Of a stretch of DNA of 64,000 nt, positions 52,729-63,291 are shown piece after piece (position 1 is the first letter of the stretch; each line of letters begins with the position of its first letter). This DNA is from an uncultured delta proteobacterium. Lineage in GTDB: Bacteria > Desulfobacterota > Binatia > DP-6. The notes under the pieces are model-generated. The model searched no databases. It was given only the letters and a program-made list of their open reading frames with translations, and had not been told where the DNA came from. The stretch is taken from positions 1,696,001-1,760,000 of the forward strand of contig CAWFFN010000009.1 of assembly GCA_963815115.1 (NCBI GenBank), read 5' to 3'. The position numbers and the translations under genes are program-made.

Positions 52729-53622
52729 ATGCAGACCAAGGCCAACCTCGCGAGCCCGACCGGTTACGCGGGCATCGTGACCAAGGCGCCAGCGTGGCAC
52801 ACGTTCGTCGTCTTCGACATCCTCTTCAACAACCTGACCACCGGCCTGTTCCTGGTCGCGGCGGTCGGCGAGCTGGCCGCGCCGGCGACCTTCACGTCGG
52901 TGGCCACCTGGGCGTACCCGATCGCCCTCGCCCTGGTGCTCGCCGACCTCGCGTGCCTGGTGTTGGATCTCGGAGACCCGCTCCGGTTCCATCACATGCT
53001 GCGGGTGTTCAAGCCGAGTTCGCCGATGTCGCTCGGGACCTGGTGCCTGACGGGCTACGCGCTCGTCCTGAGCGTGATCGTCGCGGTCGAATTCGTCGCG
53101 GCGGCCGGGCGGGTGCCCGGCGGCCCGGCCACCGCGTGGTGGATCCACACGCTCGCGGTGGTCGCCGGGCTGCCGGTCGCGTTCGGGTCGGCGGCGTACA
53201 AGGGGGTGCTGTTCAGCACGACCGCCCAGCCGGGCTGGAAGGACGCCCGGTGGCTCGGCGCATACCTCGTGAATTCCGCCGTGACGCTCGGCGCAGCGCA
53301 ACTGCTCGTGATCGCTGCCCTGACGGGCGAGCCGCTGGCCGTCGCTGCGCTTCGTCCGGTCGTCGGGCTCCTCGTCGTGCTCAACCTGGTCGCGCTCGGT
53401 CTGCTGGTCGCCGACCTCTCTCCGCTGTTGTCCCGGCTCTACGCCCGCAGGGAGTTCGGGGTGGCCGGCCTCTTCGTATTGCTCGCCGGGGTCGTGATTC
53501 CGGTGGGCTCACTGCTCGCCGGCGTCGTCCCCGTGACCGCGTCCGTCGCGGCTGCATCCCTCATCCTGGCGAATCTCGGCGTCCGGGACGCGGTCGTTCG
53601 GTTGCCGCACGACGCCGCCTAG
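52729..53622 (+). CDS. nrfD: NrfD/PsrC-family membrane anchor
   Basis: LVLDLGDPLRFHHML...SPMSLG and YKGVLFSTTAQPGW motifs, with multiple TM helices. Confidence 0.85.
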   Translation: MQTKANLASPTGYAGIVTKAPAWHTFVVFDILFNNLTTGLFLVAAVGELAAPATFTSVATWAYPIALALVLADLACLVLDLGDPLRFHHMLRVFKPSSPMSLGTWCLTGYALVLSVIVAVEFVAAAGRVPGGPATAWWIHTLAVVAGLPVAFGSAAYKGVLFSTTAQPGWKDARWLGAYLVNSAVTLGAAQLLVIAALTGEPLAVAALRPVVGLLVVLNLVALGLLVADLSPLLSRLYARREFGVAGLFVLLAGVVIPVGSLLAGVVPVTASVAAASLILANLGVRDAVVRLPHDAA

Positions 53623-53749
53623 GGATCCCGGGGGAGGCTCGTCGGCTCGGCGCGCGTGTGCGAGGTGTGCGCGCTCCCCGCGCCCGGACGTCGGCACGTG
53701 ACGATCTCCGGCACGTCGGCGAGCAGAAGGCGCTCTTCGTCGATCATTC

Positions 53750-54199
53750 TCATCGGCGGGTCGCTTTGGCGCGATGGTAGGTGAGGGCGGCCGCGATGCA
53801 GCTGCGCAAGGCATCGGCCGGCACCACCTCGGCTTCATCGAACACGATGGCTCGGTTTCCCTCGAACTCGAGCTCCATCGGAAAGCGACGTCGGAACATC
53901 CCGACCAAGTTCGTCTGGCAGTGGAAGTACATTGCGTAGCGCCTCGGATCGGACGGCTTCCAGGCGATCCGCACGGTGCTCCCGCTCCGGCTCTTCGGGG
54001 TGAGGTACGCTGGCTCGCCCCACTTGAGCGCTTCCTCGAGCTCGCCCACGCCCTCGGTGGATGCCGCCGTGTCGAAGATGAGCTCGCGCAGGGCGAGGAG
54101 TCTGCGGCGCATGGGCGCCGGGTAGGCGGCGAATGCCCGCGCGACGGCGGCGTCCGCGAACGGCCTGCCGGGACGATCTCGACGCTTGGCGCGACGCAT
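53750..54199 (-). CDS. DUF1801 (YdhG-like) protein
   Basis: LEEALKWGEPAY, YFHCQT, FEGNRAI and ALTYH motifs. Confidence 0.85.
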   Translation of the reverse strand: MRRAKRRDRPGRPFADAAVARAFAAYPAPMRRRLLALRELIFDTAASTEGVGELEEALKWGEPAYLTPKSRSGSTVRIAWKPSDPRRYAMYFHCQTNLVGMFRRRFPMELEFEGNRAIVFDEAEVVPADALRSCIAAALTYHRAKATRR

Positions 54200-54250
54200 G
54201 CGAGCCCCATTGTCACCATGACCGGATCGAGACAACGCGCACGCATGCCG

Positions 54251-55984
54251 TCATCCGTGGTGATGCCGGTAGGGAGGAGCAGGCAGCGTCCCCGGCGCCT
54301 GCACCGGCGTGGCCAGGGGCACCGGCTGCGAGAACAGAGCCGTGCTGCTCGACGGCGTGCAGCCCTGCTGGGGCGCGAACCCCACCTGGCCGTGCTGGCG
54401 ATCGAAGACGGTGAGCAGGGTGTGCAGCGCGTTGGCTCCGATGATCGTCGGCGAGCTGCCGGCGCGTTCGATGCCGGAGCAGTAGTAGGCGTTCCCCTGC
54501 GTGTCGTCCTGGTGCAGGAGATACGACTCGGTGGCGGGAAGCTCGACGGTCACCGTCTTGCCCGTCGAGGAGGGGAACACCAGCGTGAGCGTCGGCAGCA
54601 TGGCATCGAGCTGGCCCTTCGTGAGGCCCTGGGACGGAAGAATGCAGGACGTCCCGGCGAAGAAGGACGGGCTGCCGAAGTTCTGCTGGAAGACGGGATG
54701 CGCCGCGACGGCCGTCGCGAGCGCCGAGAATGCCGCGTCCGGAAGGATGAGGGCGGTCGTGCCGATGTCGACGAGCGTGTCGCCGAAGGTCGCCGGCCCG
54801 ACGCCGAGACTGGTTCCTCCGACGCGCATGTCGGAGAGCGCGACGGCGTAGAACGGGCTCGCCGCGATCAGGGGCGTGAACAGGGGCGCAGCGGCGGCGA
54901 ACGCGGGGTCGTACCCGCCGAGCCACAGGCGGCCGCCCGATTCGCACAACTGCACGGCGAAGGCGTCGCCGAGCGTGCTCGTTCTCTCCAGGGTGTCGAG
55001 ATAGGAGCCTGTATCCGATACCGCCAGCGCCGCGCCTCCGAGGCCGATGATGCCCTGATAGGTGTCCGGGACGTTGACGAAGTTGCACGCGGCCGGGACG
55101 AAGAACTTGTGCTGCGACGTGATGGCCACGAAGGGCAAGAGCACGGCGTTCGCGGCCAGCGACACGCTGTCGCGGAAGACGGTTCCCGACCAGCTCGAGC
55201 CGTCGCCGAAGGTCTCCGACCTCGTGAGGCCGAGGCCGACCGCAGTGGGGCCCGGAGCATAGAGCGGAGACACGCCAGCCCCCGCGCAGCCCGTGCATGC
55301 GGTCGCCGCCACCCCGAGCGTGGTCGATCCGGAGTCGACGATGAGAGCGAAGGCCTGTGCCCCGATGGTGACCGCCGCCACGTAGCCAGACGACGCGCAT
55401 CCGGCCAGGGAGACGGTGGGCAGCGAGGACGGCAGCGTCGTCGTGGTGGTGGCCGGACCCATCGACGACGTGGTGCTGCGCGGTGCGGTGACGGTCGTGG
55501 TGGTCGTGGACGTCGCCGCTCCCGCACACGTGGCGTCGGCGGCGCAGGCGTCGGCCGTGCCGAACCGGCCCAGCGCGGCGCCGCACGCGCTGCCCTTCCT
55601 GCATGCGGCCGGCGAGCCGACGATCGTCGCCTTCACACTGCCGTTCCTCCTCAGCACGCAGCACACGGCGGCGTTGGGCTTCCCGCAGATGGATGCACGT
55701 TCACACTGCCGGACCAGGGCACGACACCGTCTCTCGGGAAGCAGAGCCGTGAGATTGGAAAGCTTCAGGGTCCTCCTCACGCACTTCCTGTACTGCTCGT
55801 GCGTCTCGCCCTGGCGGGTGCAGCCACAGGTGCTCTGGAGGAAGGCCCGTGCGTTCTCGATCGACGCCGCGTCGGTACACCGCGCGTCGACGCACGTCGC
55901 GACCGCCGGGGAGACGGTCGCGCAGAGCAGCAGAGCGACCATCGTCCCGGCAGCCGCGCCGCGCCCTGCCGCAGCGTCTCGCAT
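54251..55984 (-). CDS. Secreted pepsin-like (A1) aspartic protease with Cys-rich N-domain and Thr linker
   Basis: LIVDSGS, flap FGDGS, GIIGLG, LWLGG, LVDIGTT, IIG and TVFD motifs. The start may be 55942. Confidence 0.82.
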   Translation of the reverse strand: MRDAAAGRGAAAGTMVALLLCATVSPAVATCVDARCTDAASIENARAFLQSTCGCTRQGETHEQYRKCVRRTLKLSNLTALLPERRCRALVRQCERASICGKPNAAVCCVLRRNGSVKATIVGSPAACRKGSACGAALGRFGTADACAADATCAGAATSTTTTTVTAPRSTTSSMGPATTTTTLPSSLPTVSLAGCASSGYVAAVTIGAQAFALIVDSGSTTLGVAATACTGCAGAGVSPLYAPGPTAVGLGLTRSETFGDGSSWSGTVFRDSVSLAANAVLLPFVAITSQHKFFVPAACNFVNVPDTYQGIIGLGGAALAVSDTGSYLDTLERTSTLGDAFAVQLCESGGRLWLGGYDPAFAAAAPLFTPLIAASPFYAVALSDMRVGGTSLGVGPATFGDTLVDIGTTALILPDAAFSALATAVAAHPVFQQNFGSPSFFAGTSCILPSQGLTKGQLDAMLPTLTLVFPSSTGKTVTVELPATESYLLHQDDTQGNAYYCSGIERAGSSPTIIGANALHTLLTVFDRQHGQVGFAPQQGCTPSSSTALFSQPVPLATPVQAPGTLPAPPYRHHHG

Positions 55985-56206
55985 CCGGCGCACCGTAGCA
56001 CATGGAGTGGAACGGAGCCCTGCGACCGCGCAGCCCGGGCGCCACTCCGCGCTGCCACTCGCGGGAACATGCAAACGCGCCCGTGCAGCGGCGGCGTGAT
56101 CCAGGTACGGCCGGCGAACGTCGCCGTACCCGCACCCGCGGCGCGGCCACCGGGGGGCGAACCCGCCACGTTGATTCGCGCGCCGCTCTTCGGCATTGCG
56201 CCTTCG

Positions 56207-57322
56207 ATGCGTGTCGCGGACCTCGTCGGCTACCCGGCCATCGTGCTCGCGTTCCTGAGTCACCACCTGATCGCCGGCGGACCGTGGGAGCCCGAGATCA
56301 CCTTCACCCTGGCGGCGATCGGTGTGATCCCCCTGGCCCATCTCATGGGCGAAGCCACCGAGGAGCTCGCCGCGCGCGTCGGGCCGACCTGGGGCGGTCT
56401 CCTGAACGCCACCTTCGGCAACGCCGCGGAGCTGATCATCGGCGTCATCGCGCTGATGAAGGGCCTGAACGACGTGGTGAAGGCGTCGCTCACCGGATCG
56501 ATCCTGGGCAACCTGCTGCTGGTGGCGGGTGGAGCGATGCTGGTGGGCGGCTGGAACCGGGACCAGCAGAAGTTCAACCCGAACGCCGCCGAGGCGAACG
56601 CGGGTCTGCTCACCATCGCCGTCGCCGCCATGCTGACTCCCGCCATCTTCCACTTCACGGCCGAGCACATGCACGATCGCCATCTCGGGGAGCACGAGCT
56701 CGGGGTGTCGCTCGGCACGAGCGTCATCCTGCTCGCGATCTACGCTCTCGGGCTCCTCTTCAGCCTCCGCACCCACAAGCATCTCTTCTGCACGGCACCG
56801 CGTGGTGGCGCGCAGCGCGGTAGAGGCTGGGGAGTGCAGCGCTCCGTGATGACCCTGCTCGTCGCGTCGCTCGGGGTCGCCCTGGTCGCGGAGCTGCTCG
56901 TCGGCTCGGCCGCGGCCGTCGCGGAGGGCCTGGGGTGGAGCCCGGTGTTCGTGGGCGTGATCCTCCTGGCCATCATCGGGAATGCGGCCGAGCATTCCAC
57001 CGCGCTCCGGCTGGCGCATGCAGACGATATGGACACCGCGCTGACCATCACGTACCAGAGCAGCCTCCAGATCGCGCTCTTCGTGACCCCGGTGCTGGTG
57101 TTCGTGAGCGTGCTCCTGGAGGCGTTCGCGGGCGGCGGCTCGGGCCACCTCGACCTGGTCTTCACGCCCCTCGAGGTCGTGTCGGTGATGCTCACCGTGT
57201 CGACCGTGGTCGTGCTGCTCGGCGACGGCCGGACCAACTGGTTCGAAGGTACGTTGCTGCTCGGGCTCTATCTGATCCTCGGCGTCGCCTTCTTCTTCAT
57301 GCCCGCGCCGGCGGTGCCCTGA
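56207..57322 (+). CDS. cax: Ca2+/H+ antiporter (CAX/ChaA family)
   Basis: LNATFGNAAE, GSILGNLLL, GNAAEH, SSLQIALF and NWFEG motifs. Confidence 0.9.
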   Translation: MRVADLVGYPAIVLAFLSHHLIAGGPWEPEITFTLAAIGVIPLAHLMGEATEELAARVGPTWGGLLNATFGNAAELIIGVIALMKGLNDVVKASLTGSILGNLLLVAGGAMLVGGWNRDQQKFNPNAAEANAGLLTIAVAAMLTPAIFHFTAEHMHDRHLGEHELGVSLGTSVILLAIYALGLLFSLRTHKHLFCTAPRGGAQRGRGWGVQRSVMTLLVASLGVALVAELLVGSAAAVAEGLGWSPVFVGVILLAIIGNAAEHSTALRLAHADDMDTALTITYQSSLQIALFVTPVLVFVSVLLEAFAGGGSGHLDLVFTPLEVVSVMLTVSTVVVLLGDGRTNWFEGTLLLGLYLILGVAFFFMPAPAVP

Positions 57323-57415
57323 CCGCCATCCCGCTCCCCGGGGGGTCTCGATTGATCGGAACTCGCGCGGACGCCGTCTGGCCATGACCCGAATCCGCGG
57401 CTAAGGCTTTCAGCC

Positions 57416-58402
<987 letters not shown>

Positions 58403-58556
58403 ATGCTGACGCGCCTCCGCGAGGCGCGGTGCGGGTCACGGCGGTCGCGGGCTGCACCCGGGCGGAGGTACGCCCCGGGCGAGCTTCCGCTGATCGACGG
58501 GCCGGAACCCGAGCACCTTGCGGGCGAGAGCGGCGCCCTGGTAGGCCTCACGCGGC

Positions 58557-59204
58557 ATGCGAGCCTCGATGCTGGTCGCCCTCGTCCTCGCCGCGACCGT
58601 GCTCATCCCGTTGCCGGCTCGCGCCGAGCGCAAGGCGGTCTGCCTGCGCGAGTGCCGCACCGGCATCGCCGCATGCGCCGCCTGGCACGCGCCGATCAAG
58701 CGCCGCAGGGCCAAGCACATCTGCACCCGCGAGCTCATCCCGGGGTGCATCCGCGACGGCGTGGTCGAGTGCGAGCGTGCACCCCACTATCGCGGCACGT
58801 ACGCGTTCACCGGTGAGCTCGCCGGGACGACCTGTACCAGCTACCCGCCCGGCTTCTCGGTGGACCAGCAGTCGTTCGGGTTCACGGTGCACGACCGTTT
58901 TCGTGACGACCTCGACGTCACCATCTACGGGGACGACCTCATCGAGGACCATGGCAAGGGCGCGACGCTGCCCTGGTCGGTCGGCGACGAGGACGGGAAC
59001 TGCTGGCACGGCGACCCGAGCGGCGACTTTTGCGCCGGCGGGCGCCTCGAGGTCTACGGCCCCCCGCCGCGCAGCGCGATTTCGCCGCGCCCCGCGGCGA
59101 CGCTCTTCAGCGTGCTCAGCGTGTACCGGCCAGAGCCGAGCACGTGTACGCTCAGCTGGACGGGTGAGCTGGAGTACGTGCCGCCCCTCGAGGCGGCCGA
59201 GTGA
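58557..59204 (+). CDS. Secreted hypothetical protein with Cys-rich N-terminus
   Basis: Signal peptide ending ARA, six Cys in the first roughly 50 mature residues, and host-like codon usage. Confidence 0.65.
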   Translation: MRASMLVALVLAATVLIPLPARAERKAVCLRECRTGIAACAAWHAPIKRRRAKHICTRELIPGCIRDGVVECERAPHYRGTYAFTGELAGTTCTSYPPGFSVDQQSFGFTVHDRFRDDLDVTIYGDDLIEDHGKGATLPWSVGDEDGNCWHGDPSGDFCAGGRLEVYGPPPRSAISPRPAATLFSVLSVYRPEPSTCTLSWTGELEYVPPLEAAE

Positions 59205-59433
59205 GCCGGCGCCGCGCTCTCCCCGTTCCGCATCAGCGCAGCGCTGACCGGGTCGATCAGCACCAGGGCCGCAGCGCGGACTTTCGCCGGATTGAGATCG
59301 GCGCGGGCGAGCTGCAGCAGAGTCTTGGGCGAGGTCATGGTCCGTCCTTTGGGTTCCGGATTGTTCTGCGTCGAACGGTCCAGAGCGGTGTGACACTTGA
59401 ATCACCCGGCGCGGTGCGCGAAGCAACATCGCC

Positions 59434-59919
59434 ATGGGCATCGAGATCAACGGCATCGCGCACATCCAGCTCACGGTGCGGGACGCGGCCTGCATCCCGT
59501 TCTGGGAGAAGCTGTGCCACTTCCTCGACATGAAGACGCTGATCAACGCCGACGAGATCGTCTACTGCATCGGGGGTCGCACCGGGATCCTCGTGCGCGC
59601 CGATCAGGAGGCGAAGGACCGGGGAGCCTTCGATCAGCGGCGCGCGGGGCTGCACCATCTGTGCTTCCGCGCGCGACGACGCGAGGACGTCGATGCGGTC
59701 CACGCCTTCGTCGTCGACGAGCTGGGTGCGAAGGTCGTGCACCCGCCCGAGGACGGCGGGTTCGCTCCCGGCTACTACTCGGTCCTCTTCGAAGATCCCG
59801 AAGGCATCCGGATCGAGGTGAACTTCGTGCCCGGGAAGGGCCATTTCGGATCGGAAGGCCGGCTCGGTCCGGGCGGCGAAGGGGCGGCCGGCAAGCTCAC
59901 CGAGGACGGTTTGAAGTAG
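59434..59919 (+). CDS. VOC/glyoxalase family protein
   Basis: GIAHIQLTV, GLHHLCFRA and YYSVLFEDPEGIRIE motifs. Confidence 0.9.
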   Translation: MGIEINGIAHIQLTVRDAACIPFWEKLCHFLDMKTLINADEIVYCIGGRTGILVRADQEAKDRGAFDQRRAGLHHLCFRARRREDVDAVHAFVVDELGAKVVHPPEDGGFAPGYYSVLFEDPEGIRIEVNFVPGKGHFGSEGRLGPGGEGAAGKLTEDGLK

Positions 59920-60118
59920 CGAGCTCTGGGTACCCGATACGCGATCGTCGAAATTTGCCACCCAGGCATCGCGGCAGTCGCGGCTCGTCGCGTCGAGCCG
60001 GTACGCGTCCGAGGATCAGGCGTTCATCGACGCGCTGTCTTCGGAGGGATGAGTGACCCGCGGGGAGGTGCGTCGTTGCCTCACCGACCGCGCGCGCGAA
60101 GCGCGGCGCGCGCCGCCG

Positions 60119-63034
60119 TCATGGCCCCTGGCCTGCGAAGGCCGCGAGCTGCAGGAGCCACGTGCCGGAGCTGAGCGACGCCGTGGCGGTGTAGCTTCCG
60201 GCCGTCGGCGCCTGCGCGTCCGCCACGAGATCGCCGTCGGGCGCGGTGACGACCCGGCTGGTGAAGCCGGGGCCCGGCGCGGTGAAGGTCGCACCGGTCA
60301 TGCCCGCCGCGAACAGCAGCTCGGATGCCGCTGCCGTCGTGAGCGAGCCGCTGCTCGCGGCGGAGCCGGCGCCCGATGCCGACGTGCCGGCGTCGAAGGG
60401 AGCGGTCGTGCGCAGGCCCGAGTACTCGGTGACGCGAAGATCGACGAAGACGGCGGGCTGGGAGAACGTCACGGTCACCGCGTTGCCGCCCGCCGGAGCC
60501 GCGGCGATGCTCGCGGCGTAGTAGATCGCCTGGCTCAACCCGTTGCCGCGGAACGTCGGGATGGCCGGTTGGTACAGGTTGCCGGCGGTGTCGGTCACCG
60601 AGGCGATCACGGACGTGGTGTCGTTCCAGCCGATGGCGACGATGTTGGTGTCGCCGGTGGTCTCGGCGCCGGCATAGGTGGCGGAGACCACGCTCTGCGG
60701 AGTCTGCGGGGTGGCGTACCCCTGCTGGACGAAGGCGGGTCCAGGCGGCGCGGTCGATGCGACGAGAGTGCCCGACGGGGCCGACACGTTGTGCGAGTAG
60801 TCGAAGGCCGCGACGGTGTAGGAGTACGAGGTGAGCGGCGTCAGGCCGGTATCGGCATACGTCGTCGCCGCCGTCGTCCGGACGAGGGTCCCGTTCCGGA
60901 AGACCTGGTAGCCCGCGACACCGACGTCGTCGGTCGAAGCCGACCACGAGACCGTGATCTGTGAGGACGAGATCGCGGAGGCCTCGAGTCCGGTAGGGAT
61001 CGACGGCGGGTGCGTGTCCGGCGGAACCCCGGTGGCTTCCAGGACCAGCACCCAGTCGCCGTCGCCGTCACCGTTGCTTCCCGGAGGCGTGAAGGTGCGC
61101 GTGCCGGCGTTCGCGAGCGGCGAACCGGGGATCGCGGTGAAGGTCCCGTTCGCCGGGTCGTACCACGACGCGTACGCCGGCCCGGCGAGGCGCGACATGG
61201 CGACGGTGATCGTGCGCACGGTGGGCATGTAGGCCATCACGAGCGCGCCGTCCGGGGTGCGCGCGGCGGTGAGGTAGTCGTTGTCGCCGAGAGCGCCGCC
61301 GTCGGCGAATGTACCGAACCCCGCGGTCACGACGGTGTGGCTCTGATCGGGGACGAGGTCGAACCATCGACGCGACGCGAACAGGAACTTCACGTAGCCC
61401 ATCTGGAGCGATCCGGGCGTATCCAGATGGCTCTGCCAGCCGCTGATGAACGGCCAGGTGTAGCGGTTGCCGTAGAGCTGGCCGGCGGCGCCGCTGAGCA
61501 GGGTCCAGTATTCCTGGCGCCGCAGGATGTTCGGCGTGCCCTCGTCGGCGGCGTTGTGCTCGAACTCGTAGTTCGCCTCGACCAGGAACGTCGGGACGAT
61601 GTCCGGGCGGTCGTAGTCGGCCAGCACCTGCGCATACGTCGGATAGTAGGTGTACGACGCGTTCAGCTGGATCAGCGGCGCCCAGGTGGGGTCGTCGAGC
61701 GAGCCGCTGACGGGATAGTCGAGCTCCACCGTGTGGATGTGACGGTCGTCCCTGTCCTGGATGCCGCGGGCGACCGCCTGCACCACCGCGTCGTCGCCCG
61801 GATTCGGCCAGCTCTGGAAGTCGTTGCCGCTCATCCAGACGATGTTGTCGACGTTGCGATACCTGCTGCCGAGGTACCGCCCGTAGTCGCGCGACTTCGC
61901 CACGCCGTTGCTGCCGAGGACGCTCAGCCAGCTACCCGTCTCGGCAGGATCGAGGAACACCGTGAGCCCGTGCTGCGCCGCGAGGGCGAGCATGTCGTCG
62001 ACGCGTGTGAAGTAAGCCTCGTTGGGCGTCGAGAGATCGCCGTCCGTCGTGAACGGGACGATGCCGTCGTACGTGCTGCCGTCGGGGCGCCCCCCGGTGT
62101 AGGTGGCGCACAGCAGGTTGATCCACACCGCGTTGAAGCCCGCCGCCTGGCGGTCGGCGAAGAACGAGTCGGCCTCCGCCTCCGAGAGGTTGACCATCAG
62201 CGCCTGGGGAGAATCGCCGGTGATGAGGAACGGCACGCCCTGCTGATCGACCAGGTAGCGACCGGTCGGGCCGACCTGCAGCGGATAGGCCGTCGGCGGC
62301 GGCGGCGTGGTCCCGGCCGTCCTGAAGGCGACCAGCTGCATCACCCACGCCGTGCCCTTCTGCGTCGCGGTGAGCTCGTGGGGGCCGGCCCCGGCGGCGG
62401 CCTCCTCGGCGGTCACGTTGCCGTACTTGCCGAGCCGTTTCTTGAAACCCCGGGTGAGCCGTCCGATGGATTTGCCGTTCGACTCGCCGCCCGCAAACAG
62501 CAGGTCGCCGGTGCCTGCGGTGGTGAGGACGCCACTGCCCATCGTGGGCGACGACCCGGACGCCGCCACCGCGCCCTCGAGCGGCGCGGTGCGGTCGAGA
62601 CCCGCGTACTCGTGAACGTAGAGCACGCCACGCGTGCTGATCGCGGTCGCGAAGTGGGCGGTCACCGTGTCGGGGCCGCCCGCGATGCTCGTGGCGTAGA
62701 AGATCTGCGCGCTGGACGCGTCGCCTGTCGCCTGCGTCGGGCCGATGGCGCTCGCGAACGTGTCGCCTGCGCTGTCGCTGACCGACACGGATCCCGCGTT
62801 GTCCCAGACGACGTAGGCGACGATCAGGTTGCCGGCGGTGGTCGGCTTCTTGAAGGTCACGCCGACGCTGCCACCCGAGATCACCCGGAAGTATCTCTTC
62901 TGGATCAGCATCCGCTTGGTGGCCGCGCCGGCCGGAAGCGGTGCGGCACTCAGCGCCGCCAGGCTGGCCGCCAGCAGGTACGTGCCGACCCCGAACCGTC
63001 CTGATCGTGGAGTGTCCATCGTGTCGCCCCCCAT
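60119..63034 (-). CDS. Secreted DUF4038/apiosidase-like glycoside hydrolase with collagen-binding-like and FN3 domains and duplicated flanking domains
   Basis: GRYLVDQQGVPF..GD, NEAYF, WMSGND, EANYE, WYDP, and FN3 (SWSASTDDVGVAGY...YTVAAFD). The start may be 63019. Confidence 0.8.
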   Translation of the reverse strand: MGGDTMDTPRSGRFGVGTYLLAASLAALSAAPLPAGAATKRMLIQKRYFRVISGGSVGVTFKKPTTAGNLIVAYVVWDNAGSVSVSDSAGDTFASAIGPTQATGDASSAQIFYATSIAGGPDTVTAHFATAISTRGVLYVHEYAGLDRTAPLEGAVAASGSSPTMGSGVLTTAGTGDLLFAGGESNGKSIGRLTRGFKKRLGKYGNVTAEEAAAGAGPHELTATQKGTAWVMQLVAFRTAGTTPPPPTAYPLQVGPTGRYLVDQQGVPFLITGDSPQALMVNLSEAEADSFFADRQAAGFNAVWINLLCATYTGGRPDGSTYDGIVPFTTDGDLSTPNEAYFTRVDDMLALAAQHGLTVFLDPAETGSWLSVLGSNGVAKSRDYGRYLGSRYRNVDNIVWMSGNDFQSWPNPGDDAVVQAVARGIQDRDDRHIHTVELDYPVSGSLDDPTWAPLIQLNASYTYYPTYAQVLADYDRPDIVPTFLVEANYEFEHNAADEGTPNILRRQEYWTLLSGAAGQLYGNRYTWPFISGWQSHLDTPGSLQMGYVKFLFASRRWFDLVPDQSHTVVTAGFGTFADGGALGDNDYLTAARTPDGALVMAYMPTVRTITVAMSRLAGPAYASWYDPANGTFTAIPGSPLANAGTRTFTPPGSNGDGDGDWVLVLEATGVPPDTHPPSIPTGLEASAISSSQITVSWSASTDDVGVAGYQVFRNGTLVRTTAATTYADTGLTPLTSYSYTVAAFDYSHNVSAPSGTLVASTAPPGPAFVQQGYATPQTPQSVVSATYAGAETTGDTNIVAIGWNDTTSVIASVTDTAGNLYQPAIPTFRGNGLSQAIYYAASIAAAPAGGNAVTVTFSQPAVFVDLRVTEYSGLRTTAPFDAGTSASGAGSAASSGSLTTAAASELLFAAGMTGATFTAPGPGFTSRVVTAPDGDLVADAQAPTAGSYTATASLSSGTWLLQLAAFAGQGP

Positions 63035-63291
63035 CGGTCGTCGACTCGCCGCGACAGTCTATCTCACCCGATGTCGCGATTCGCCGCCAGGGATGACCTT
63101 ACCCGAGCGGCGACGGCCGCCGTCGCGGTTCAGCGCGGGACGGGTGGGGCAAAGTGCCACGCGATGCGCGCCGGACCGCCCCAGGCTCTCGCCTGGAGGG
63201 AGTGCAACTCCAGCGACGCCATGGGACCCGTCGCTGGCATCTCCGTTGCACCCGGGACATCGGCGGAGGTCGCGCGGAAGAAGCGCGGGGG

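Noticed and set aside
55435-55515. ACC/ACG-rich tandem-like repeats.
   Set aside because: They encode the Thr-rich linker of the protease and are not an independent repeat element.
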